Source of the DNA: Macrostomum lignano
Taxonomy: Eukaryota
Assembly: GCA_002269645.1 (NCBI GenBank)
Contig: NIVC01000507.1
Span: 124,001 to 188,000 of the forward strand
DNA length: 64,000 nucleotides
Direction: 5' to 3'
The translations under genes and the position numbers were made by a program. The first letter of the stretch is position 1. Each line of letters begins with the position of its first letter. The notes beneath the pieces are model-generated. The model did not search any database and was not told the origin of the DNA. It saw nothing but the letters and a program-made list of their open reading frames with translations. Below, in pieces: positions 11,101-22,054 of this stretch.

Positions 11101-14100
11101 GAAAGAGACACATGGAGAGCGGGAAGAGACACACGGGAGCGGGAAGAGACACACACGGAGAGCGGGAAGAGACACACACGGGAGCGGGAAGAGACACACG
11201 GGAGTGGGAAGAGACACACGGAGAGCGGGAAGAGACACACGGGAGCGGGAAGAGACACACACGGAGAGCGGGAAGAGACACACACGGAAGCGGGAAGAGA
11301 CACATGGAGAGCGGGAAGACACATGGGAGCGGGAAGAGACACACGGAGAGCGGGAAGACACATGGGAGCGGGAAGAGACACACGGAGAGCGGGAAGAGAC
11401 ACACACGGGAGCGGGAAGAGACACACGGAGAGCGGGAAGAGACACACACGGGAGCGGGAAGAGACACACACGGAGAGCGGGAAGAGACACACGGGAGCGG
11501 GAAGAGACACACGGGAGCGGGAAGAGACACATGGAGAGCGGGAAGAGACACACGGGAGCGGGAAGAGACACACACGGAGAGCGGGAAGAGAAACACGGGA
11601 GCGGGAAGAGACACATGGAGAGCGTAAAGAGACACACACGGGAGCGGGAAGAGACACATGGAGAGCGGGAAGAGACACATGGAGAGCGGGAAGACACATG
11701 GGAGCGGGAAGAGACACACGGAGAGCGGGAAGAGACACACGGAGAGCGGGAAGAGACACACACGGGAGCGGGAAGAGACACATGGAGAGCGGGAAGAGAC
11801 ACACGGGAGCGGGAAGAGACACACACGGAGAGCGGGAAGAGACACACGGAGAGCGGGAAGAGACACACGGGAGCGGGAAGAGACACACACGGAGAGCGGG
11901 AAGAGACACACGGGAGCGGGAAGAGACACACGCGGAGAGCGGAAAGAGACACACGGGAGCGGGAAGAGACACACGGGAGCGGGAAGAGACACATGGAGAG
12001 CGGGAAGAGACACACACGGGAGCGGGAAGAGACACATGGAGAGCGGGAAGACACATGGGAGCGGGAAGAGACACACGGAGAGCGGGAAGACACATGGGAG
12101 CGGGAAGAGACACACGGAGAGCGGGAAGAGACACACACGGGAGCGGGAAGAGACACACACGGAGAGCGGGAAGAGACACACGGGAGCGGGAAGAGACACA
12201 CGGAGAGCGGGAAGAGACACACGGAGAGCGGGAAGAGACACACGGGAGCGGGAAGAGACACACACGGAGAGCGGGAAGAGACACACGGGAGCGGGAAGAG
12301 ACACATGGAGAGCGGGAAGACACATGGGAGCGGGAAGAGACACACGGAGAGCGGGAAGAGACACACACGGGAGCGGGAAGAGACACATGGAGAGCGGGAA
12401 GAGACACACGGGAGCGGGAAGAGACACACACGGAGAGCGGGAAGAGACACACACGGGAGCGGGAAGAGACACACGGGAGTGGGAAGAGACACACGGAGAG
12501 CGGGAAGAGACACACGGGAGTGGGAAGAGACACACGGGTGCGGGAAGAGATACACGGGGAGCGGAAGGAATCTCAAATGGCTCACCTGTGTGCCGCACCA
12601 CCTTGGCGGCATTCTCTTTGCACAGCACAAACAGAAGCTGTCCAGCCTGTCTAGCCAGACCGCTGCTGCTACCGCAGCTGCCGCTAGCGCTGGCGCCTCC
12701 GACGCCTTCGAGTCCGCCGCCGCTGATCAGGCGACACAGGTCGGACAGCAGCGAGTTGGCTTCGGTCTCCGTTACCGACTCATCTTCGGTGTCGATGTCT
12801 CCGCCGCCAGCGGCAGCAGCAGCCGAAGTAGTTGACGAAGACGACGCCGCCGGCAGATGCGGATGCTTCGGCAGGATCAGCGAGCGCAGGAAGCAGCGCA
12901 CAGATCGTTGCGAAATCGACGCCTCAGTCAATACAGCGAGGCAGGCGCCGACGCTGCTGGCGCTGGAGGCTGCTGACGGCGTGAGTTCAGTCGGCGGCAG
13001 CTCGTGAGTCACTTCGCGCAGACAATGACGCAAAAATTCTACAAGAGAATTGACGGCGGACAAATTTTTATCCTCAAATCGGCAGGCTACGTCGACTGTG
13101 CCTTCTAGCGGGGTGGTGAGCTCTTCGAATGCGATTAGCGGCACAGTGAGCAGCACTTCTAGGCAGGATTCGAGCAGCGGACGTCGGTCTAAGCTAGGCG
13201 GCATTAGCAGCAGATCGTGCACCAGAGACACCAGCCGCAGGTAGTGAGCCTCCTCATCCGGTGTCAGGTTGTCCCTATCGTTGCTAGCGGCCAGGCTGGC
13301 GAGCACCCGAAGCACCAGGCACACCAAGGCTTGCTCCTGCTGAGCCAGGGGCCTCGGCGGCCGGCAGTCACTGATGATCAGGTCAATCACTTCCATTAGG
13401 TAGACAAAACCGTCCAGGTTGCGGTATACCTGTCCGGGAACGATTTGTTAAATGGAATTGACTGTATGACTTTTATACTAAATCTGTTAGCTATGGAGTC
13501 TATAGAAAGTGAATTCTAGATTCAATTCAATATGCTAAATATAATTTTTTTCTGATTAGATATCTCTAAACACCGTAGAATATAGATCTCTTATAGACTA
13601 AAGATCTTTAGAACCACAGACTATAGATCTCTACAACCATAGACTATAGATCTCTACAACCATAGACTATAGATCTCTAGAACCATAGACTACAGATCTC
13701 TACAACCATAGACTATAGATCTTTAGAACCACAGACTATAGATCTCTAGAACCACAGACTATAGATCTCTAGAACCACAGACTATAGATCTCTAGAACCA
13801 TAGACTATAGATCTCTAGAACCATAGACTATAGATCTCTAGAACTACAGACTATAGATCTCTAGAACCATAGACTATAGATCTCTGGAACTACAGACTAT
13901 AGATCTCTAGAACCATAGACTATAGATCTCTAGAACTACAGACTATATATCTCTAGAACCATAGACTATAGATCTCTAGAACTACAGACTATAGATCTCT
14001 AGAACCATAGACTATAGATCTCTAGAACTACAGACTATAGATCTCTAGAACCATAGACTATAGATCTCTAGAACTACAGACTATAGATCTCTAGAACCAT

Positions 14101-17100
14101 AGACTATAGATCTCTAGAACTACAGACTATAGATCTCTAGAATCATAGACTATAGATCTCTAGAACTACAGACTATAGATCTCTAGAACCATAGACTTTA
14201 GATCTCTAGAACTACAGACTATAGATCTCTAGAACCATAGACTATAGATCTCTAGAACTACAGACTATAGATCTCTAGAACCATAGACTTCACACAGCAC
14301 ACGTAGCTTCACACAGACAGCAAGATTATACTCTAGTTAAGAAATTTTGCCTCAGCAAAAAAAGATTACAGGGTTACTTCTAAGACTATTCTCAGTTCTT
14401 CAAGACTAAAGCCCCTCACATACGCTTTTATACCTGCATTGCTTAGCAGGGAATTATGACATACTCGAGAACTAGTATTTGCAGTGAGCTCTGTAATCAA
14501 GTCTTATCACGAGTTGATCGAAGCTAACAGAGTAAGTAGTGATTTTGGTTGAATAAGATTTCCGCCAGTACGAGCTATATTAATATCATGAGCATAATTT
14601 AGGTACGACTTGTGGATACGTATTTTTGTTGCTAACACAAGCGTGCCTTGGCGGTGCGACAAAAGTATGGTGTGACAGAGTATATTGTGACTGGGTATGG
14701 CTTGAGTGACTGATTATATTGTGACTGAGTATATGGCTTGAGTGACTGATTATATTGTGACTGAGTATATGGCTTGAGTGACTGATTATATTGTGACTGA
14801 GTATATGGCTTGAGTGACTGATTATATTGTGACTGAGTATATGGCTTGAGTGACTGATTATATTGTGACTGAGTATACGGCTTGAGTGACTGATTATATT
14901 GTGACTGAGTATATGGCTTGTGTGACTGATTATATTGTGACTGAGTATATGGCTTGTGTGACTGATTATATTGTGACTGAGTATATGGCTTGTGTGACTG
15001 ATTATATTGTGACTGAGTATATGGCTTGAGTGACTGATTATATTGTGACTGAGTATATGGCTTGAGTGACTGATTATATTGTGACTGAGTATATGGCTTG
15101 AGTGACTGATTATATTGTGACTGAGTATACGGCTTGTGTGACTGAGTGTGGCTGTGTCAGAACTAGAAGTGCTTGTTGCTAATTATAATTACCCGTAGAA
15201 AGCGTATTCTAGCCTAACGTTTTTTGGCAATTATAAAGAGGACACACTAATGCTTATAATCTAGTTTGCACTTATAGAGTAACTTTTAGTTTTTAATCCC
15301 TTTCTCTTAAAGCTAACGTTTAGGATTTAAAATATATAATTCTATAGATTATTTTATATTAACTAAAGCTCAAAAACATAAACTCAGAGATTTACTAAGA
15401 CGGCAGTTTATAAACATAAAGAGTCTTTAAAAGTACATTTTTTAAATGAAAACCGTTAGGAAGGCTTTTCAGCTTTTCGTTAGGAAGGCTGAAGTTTTTC
15501 AGTCTTCCTAAAGTTCCACTTCAGAGCACTTTTTAAGTAGTCGAATCTTCAATTTAACAAGCACTAGACAGCGTAAAAAACAAGGACTAAAGATCATGAA
15601 AAAGTACTTTTTCTTAAGGGTCTGAACCAAGGATTGTAGAGGCATACATTATACGAGCTACGACCTGCATTGCTGGTCTAGGGACGAAAATTTTTTGCAT
15701 ATAGTATAGGTCATCCTTAGTCTGAACTTCCATGACTGACTGACTGACTGACTGACTGACTGACTGACTGACTGACTGACTGACTGACTAACTAACTAAC
15801 TAACTAACTAACTGACTAACTGACTAACTGACTAACTAACTGACTAACTAACTGACTAACTGACTAACTAACTAACTGACTAACTGACTAACTAACTGAC
15901 TAACTAACTGACTAACTGACTAACTAACTGACTGACTGACTGACTAACTGACTAACTGACTAACTAACTGACTGACTGACTGACTGATTAACTAACTAAC
16001 TGACTAACTGACTAACTAACTAACTAACTAACTCACTTACTCACTAACTAACTAACTAACTAACTAACTCACTCACTAACTAACTAATTGACTGACTAAC
16101 TAACTAACTAACTCACTAACTAAATATAGATACTCTTGAATGGTGTCAACTTGTCGACATGACAACTTTAAAAAAGATGGCAGAATTTCGTGTGCCTTTG
16201 AGCTGCTCCGTTCTGGTGCAGAGATAAAAAACTGTCACCGTGATCTCTGTCCTTAGTCGCATGCCCGCTCATACAACGGATGGAAAAAAGTTTTTGGTTT
16301 ATAAACTTTGAAAGCTGTAGTTTTTTAGTTTAGACGATACTAAGACGAATAGATGTAAAGTAGCGATTTGAGAATGCAGCATCGGGTTGAATCTTAAAAA
16401 TGCCAGATATGAAATGGAGCGTGACTTTCAGCAAATCTGAGGGCCTGGGAATCTGTTTCTTTTTCTAAGACATTTTTTTTCGACGCTAAAACTTTAGTAG
16501 AACATGGAAGGCCGCCAGCAACTGAGGATTTGGGAGGCTGGCCCAGCAACTGAGGATCTGGAAGGCTGGCCCAGCAACTGACACTTTGGGAGGCTGGCCC
16601 ATCAACTGATCTGGGAGGCTGGCCCAGCAACTGACACTTTGGGAGGCTGGCCCATCAACTGATCTGGGAGGCTGGCCCAGCAACACAGCAACTGAGGATC
16701 TGGGAGGCTGGCCCAGCAACTGACACTCTGGGAGGCTGGCCCAGCAACACAGCAACTGAGGATCTGGGAGGCTGGCTCAGCAACTGAGGATCTGGAAGGC
16801 TGGCCCAGCAACTGACACTCTGGGAGGCTGGCCCAGCAACACAGCAACTGAGGATCTGGGAGGCTGGCCCAGCAACTGACACTCTGGGAGGCTGGCCCAG
16901 CAACTGACACTCTGGGAGGCTGGCCCAGCAACTGACACTCTGGGAGGCTGGCCCAGCAACTGACACACTGGGAGGCTGGCTCACCATAGGCGCCAGAGAA
17001 GGCATGGCACGCAGCACCCGGTCGAGAACGTCAATATCGGCCAGCTTCACCTCCCAGCCGATGCAGGGATCACGAAAGGTGCGCACGCGGTCGATGAGGC

Positions 17101-18324
17101 CCTGAAGAATTCCCTCGGCGCAGAAGGCGTCAGCGGCGGACAGCGGCGTCTGCAAGGCAAAAGCGTATGGTTTCTTGCTGGGTCAAGCATAGGAGAATCA
17201 CACAGAGACTGCTGCTGGGTCAAGCATAGAACAATCACACAGAGACTGCTGGCTGGGTCAAGCATAGGAGAATCACACAGAGACTGCTGGCTGGGTCAAG
17301 CATAGGAGAATCACACAGAGACTGCTGCTGGGTCAAGCATAGGAGAACCACACAGAGACTGCTGCTGGGTCAAGCATAGGAGAATCACACAGAGACTGCT
17401 GTTGGGTCAAGCATAGGAGAATCACACAGAGACTGCTGCTGGGTCAAGCATAGGAGAACCACACAGAGACTGCTGCTGGGTCAAGCATAGGAGAATCACA
17501 CAGAGACTGCTGCTGGGTCAAGCATAGGAGAATCACACAGAGACTGCTGCTGGGTCAAGCATAGGAGAACCACACAGAGACTGCTGCTGGGTCAAGCATA
17601 GGAGAATCACACAGAGACTGCTGCTGGGTCAAGCATAGGAGAACCACACAGAGACTGCTGCTGGGTCAAGCATAGGAGAATCACACAGAGACTGCTGGGT
17701 CAAGCATAGGAGAACCGCACAGACTGCTGGGTCAAGCATAGGAGAACCGCACAGACTGCTGGGTCAAGCATAGGAGAACCGCACAGACTGCTGAGTCAAG
17801 CATAGGAGTAACTCTCAAGTGAAACTCACATGCGTCAGCAGAGTCAGGATGCAGGTCAGACTAGACTGAGCATCTTCTGCCGTCCCAGCATCCGGCTGAT
17901 GCCGATGCCGACTTTCCTCGGCGGCAGCGGCTGCACTGGTGAGTCCGGCTGACAACAACAGCTGCTGGGCTAGGCCGGCAGTCACACTGCGGCTAGCCAG
18001 GCAGTCGCCGGGTACAGCTTGAAGAAGCTGGAGAAGAGCGGTACGGTATTCGCTAAGCTGTTGGTGCTGCTTCAACTGACATTCCAACCAGGCTAGTAGG
18101 CTCTGAGTAGTGCCGGAGTCTAGTACGGTGTCTGCTGATTGGCGCTGTTGCATGTGCAGCTGGAGCAGCAACGGCTGATGCTGCTGATGCTGATGATGCT
18201 GTTGCTTACGCTGCTCGGCGATCAGTGCCAACCGCAGACGGTGCATTAGATCTAGGCGTGCATCGTCTAGCCTGACTTTCGGGTCGCACTCGTCCAGCAA
18301 ATGCTGCGCCAATTGCTGGGCCAT
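7709..18324 (-). CDS. RIC8: Ric-8/synembryn-like G-alpha GEF/chaperone, divergent; 4 exons, about 571 aa
   Basis: Exons 18324-17830, 17149-16985, 13429-12586, 7920-7709, all GT-AG with consistent phases (0,0,1). Ric-8-like segments [68 protein letters not shown] and acidic YSSDSSEEE. Confidence 0.8.
7935..8348. repeat. (GATA/GATG/GACA)n microsatellite abutting the acceptor of Ric-8 exon 4
   Basis: Direct reading. Confidence 0.97.
9074..10262. repeat. 24-bp minisatellite CTAGTATCTCACCCTTTATCTTCC with a 291-bp higher-order repeat
   Basis: Variant pattern recurs at 9061, 9352 and 9643. Confidence 0.95.
10925..12565. repeat. Composite 19-23-bp minisatellite (GAGCGGGAAGAGACACAC core), Ric-8 intron 3
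   Basis: Source of the long artefactual ORFs at 10705-13396. Confidence 0.97.
13608..14288. repeat. 23-bp minisatellite TAGACTATAGATCTCTAGAACCA (46-bp dimer in part), Ric-8 intron 2
   Basis: Alternating CCATA/CTACA units. Confidence 0.97.
14686..15146. repeat. 36-bp minisatellite GTGACTGAGTATATGGCTTGAGTGACTGATTATATT
   Basis: About 12 units, each of two related 18-bp halves. Confidence 0.95.
15733..16122. repeat. (TGAC)n/(TAAC)n microsatellite
   Basis: Direct reading. Confidence 0.97.
16505..16979. repeat. 28-bp minisatellite GCTGGCCCAGCAACTGACACTCTGGGAG starting at the Ric-8 exon 2 donor
   Basis: On the minus strand the array begins directly after GTGAG. Confidence 0.95.
17178..17808. repeat. 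37-bp minisatellite filling Ric-8 intron 1
   Basis: Unit GCTGGGTCAAGCATAGGAGAATCACACAGAGACTGCT. Confidence 0.97.
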
Positions 18325-19290
18325 ATAAAAAATTTTTGTGTAATAAATTGATGTATATATGAATTAGTATCAGTTATTGTTAGCTTTTGATAGGGGATCC
18401 GGTCGAGATGGATAGAAGGTTGCTAGCTGGAAATAGATAGACCGCAGAATGCTATATTTTCTCGACATTGACAATTCACCCACCCGGGATTGGGAGAGGG
18501 CACTCTCAGGCAACAGCCTCTGCCTTCTCTGCTTCTGCTGTCTCTCTCTGCATCTCCCGCCCACTCATCCTCCATCCAATGGCGAAGAGTCGGGGTGGGT
18601 GGGGGTGTTTGAAGGCACTTTTATCGGGGCTACGAGTTGGCAGGGGGAGAGGAGAGAGGAGGAGGAGGGGTTTCTTCCCGGATTGGTGGGCTGGCTTTCG
18701 CGCGGCGTGACCAGAATGAGAAACGACTTAGGAAGGGAAGCGAGGTTGAGAATCGCTGATAGACAGGATGGAGGTTGGGTGGGGGGGGGTAGCTAGGGGG
18801 AGGGGGGCACAGATAGGCCGTAGGCCCCTGGGGATGCGGATTTTTGCCGAGGAGAGAGAGAGAGAGAGAGAGAGGCTGGTGCTCCTGGCTGCTGAGAGTC
18901 GTGTCTGTCAGTGCGCGCGTTTGTGAAGGATAAAAAAATTGAAGCCACAACAGCTAAAGAGTAGAATTGGTCAGCCCCAGGCTTAAATACTCTGAGGATA
19001 GAAGAAAACCAGGGGAAGAGGGGAGAGTAAAGAGATATTAGAGACGATATTGGAGCGCGAGTGACAAGCGCAAATCAGCTTAACTCACTAGGCGATTAGC
19101 CACAAGCGTTGCTTTCCTAGATACCAAATACACCTAGCTTCATTAATCAATGCAAAAGGCACAGCCTATAGTTAATGAGTTGTTTATTTTGCATAGGCAA
19201 AAAACGATGGAGAAAATGGTATCGCGTAGAGATTAGAAAAATTGGTAAGATAGTTACCCCTTTAATTGAAGTTGTATCAAGTTTTTTAAG

Positions 19291-20152
19291 TTTACTGAGG
19301 TGGGTTGGAGAGGCTTACTGAGGTGGGTTGGAGAGGCTTGCTGAGGCGGGTTGGAGAGGCTTACTGAGGTGGGTTGGAGAGGCTTGCTGAGGCGGGTTGG
19401 AGAGGCTTGCTGAGCAGGGTTGGAGAGGCTTGCTGAGGCGGGTTGGAGAGGCTTGCTGAGGCGGGTTGGAGAGGCTTGCTGAGCAGGGTTGGAGAGGCTT
19501 GCTGAGGCGGGTTGGAGAGGCTTGCTGAGCAGGGTTGGAGAGGCTTGCTGAGGCGGGTTGGAGAGGCTTGCTGAGGCGGGTTGGAGAGGCTTGCTGAGCA
19601 GGGTTGGAGAGTCTTACTGAGGCGGGTTGGAGAGGCTTACTGAGGCGGGTTAGAGAGGGTTACTGGGGCGGGTTGGAGAGGCTTACTGAGGCGGGTTAGA
19701 GAGGCTTACTGAGGCGGGTTGGAGAGGCTTACTGAGGCGGGTTAGAGAGGGTTACTGGGGCGGGTTGGAGAGGCTTACTGAGGCGGGTTAGAGAGGCTTA
19801 CTGACACGGGTTAGAGGCTTACTGACACGGGTTAGAGAGGCTTACTGAGGCGGGTTGGAGAGGCTTACTGAGGCGGGTTAGAGAGGCTTACTGACACGGG
19901 TTAGAGGCTTACTGACACGGGTTAGAGAGGCTTACTGAGGCGGGTTGGAGAGGCTTACTGAGGCGGGTTAGAGAGGCTTACTGAGGCGGGTTGGAGAGGC
20001 TTACTGAGGCGGGTTAGAGAGGCTTACTGAGGCGGGTTGGAGAGGCTTACTGAGGCGGGTTAGAGAGGCTTACTGAGGCGGGTAAGAGGCTTACTGACAC
20101 GGGTTAGAGGTTTACTGAGGCAGGTTAGAGAGGGTTACTGAGGCGGTTGGAG
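19291..20152. repeat. 23-bp minisatellite CTGAGGCGGGTTGGAGAGGCTTA between BOP1 and Ric-8
   Basis: About 37 units. Confidence 0.97.
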
Positions 20153-20569
20153 TACCAGTTTTAAAGTGGTTCCTCATTTTATTTTCACTTAATTACCAGA
20201 ATGCACTTTTATAACTTCGTCTCTACCTCTTCCATGAGTAGCTAATATAAGTCAGTCAACACAGCTACGATTTTTACTGCCTTTGATCTAAACCCAATGA
20301 TTTGAAATAGTTCTAGAAGTACTATAAATAAAGAAAAGACAAAAACAGAACAGGTTGCAAGGATTTATCCATCAATCGAAAACAGTAAGATACACAGGAC
20401 TATTTTAGCGGCACAAACATTTAACAATGCGTTTACTTTGAATTTAGCATTCAGTTCAGTGGAACAAGAAGATAATTGACATACATGTATGTCGAACTAT
20501 TAGTTAAATTGACATTCGAAATGCAAGCGAGCCAACTTACTGATAGTAGGAGTACAGGCGTTTTTATCA

Positions 20570-21885
20570 TCCTATATCGATCTCAAGACTCTCATATCGA
20601 ATCTCAAGACTCAAACCGAATCGCAAAACTCTTAAACCGAATCTAAAGATTCTCATACCGAATCTCAAGACTCTCAAACCGAATCGCAAGACTCTTAAAC
20701 CGAATCTAAAGATTCTCATATCGATTCTCAAGACTCTCATACCGAATCTCAAGACTCTCAAACCGAATCGCAAGAGTCTTAAACCGAATCTAAAGATTAT
20801 CATACCGAATCTCAAGACTCTCAAACCGAATCGCAAGACTCTTAAACCGAATCTAAAGATTCTCATATCGAATCTCAAGACTCTCATACCGAATCTCAAG
20901 ACTCTCAAACCGAATCGCAAGAGTCTTAAACCGAATCTAAAGATTATCATACCGAATCTCAAGACTCTCAAACCGAATCGCAAGACTCTTAAACCGAATC
21001 TAAAGATTCTCATATCGAATCTCAAGACTCTCATACCGAATCTCAAGACTCTCAAACCGAATCGCAAGACTCTTAAACCGAATCTAAAGATTCTCATATC
21101 GAATCTCAAGACTCTCATACCGAATCTCAAGACTCTCAAACCGAATCGCAAGAGTCTTAAACCGAATCTAAAGATTATCATACCGAATCTCAAGACTCTC
21201 AAACCGAATCGCAAGACTCTTAAACCGAATCTAAAGATTCTCATATCGAATCTCAAGACTCTCATACCGAATCTTGAGACTCCCATACCGAATCTTGAGA
21301 CTCTCATATCGAATCTCAAGACTCTCATATCAAAGCTAAGACTCTCATACCGAATCTCAAGATTCTCATACCGACCTCAAGACTCTCATATCGAATCTCA
21401 AGACTCTCAAGCCGAATCTAAAGATTCTCATATCGAATCTCAAGACTCTCAAACCGAATCGCAAGACTATTAAGCCGAGTCTAAAGATTCTCATATCGAA
21501 TCTCAAGACTCACAAACCGAATCTCAAGACTATTAAGCCGAGTCTAAAGATTCTCATATCGAATCTCAAGACTCTCAAACCGAATCGCAAGACTATTAAG
21601 CCGAGTCTAAAGATTCTCATATCGAATCTCAAGACTCACAAACCGAATCTCAAGACTATTAAGCCGAGTCTAAAGATTCTCATATCGAATCTCAAGACTC
21701 TCATACCGAATCTCAAGACTCTCAAATCGAATCGCAAGACTATTAAGCCGAATCGAAAGATTCTCATACCGAATCCCAAGACTCTCATACCGAAGCTAAG
21801 ACTTAAAACGAAACTCAAGACTCTCAAACCGAATCTCAAGACTCTCATACCAAAGCTAAGACTCTCGATCAAACCGAATCTCACA
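20570..21885. repeat. 21-bp minisatellite CTCATACCGAATCTCAAGACT downstream of BOP1
   Basis: Tandem units with higher-order variant pattern. Confidence 0.97.
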
Positions 21886-21982
21886 AGTCCCATTTCGAAA
21901 CCCGAAAATCTTATTTTGAATGATTAGCTAGCCACTTTAAAACTTCATCAATCGCAAAACTACACAAAAACCTTACTTTTAC

Positions 21983-22041
21983 CGGGTAAACAGCGGGAGC
22001 AACTATGACTGCCTAATTATGGTGAAAAAACACTCGTCATC
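21983..22041 (+). other. Degenerate 28S rRNA H69-H71 fragment in the BOP1 3'UTR (antisense in the mRNA)
   Basis: CGGGTAAACAGCGGGAGCAACTATGACT...CTCGTCATC versus conserved 28S CGGGTAAACGGCGGGAGTAACTATGACTCTCTTAAGGTAGCCAAATGCCTCGTCATC (recalled consensus); 26/28 identical in the first block. Confidence 0.8.
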
Positions 22042-22054
22042 GTTTTTGTCCGTT

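Noticed and set aside
10705-13396. Several 450-830 aa overlapping ORFs (RVSLPA/GRDTRE repeats)
   Set aside because: Stop-free minisatellite in Ric-8 intron 3; only 13429-12586 is real exon, ending at a GTGAG donor.
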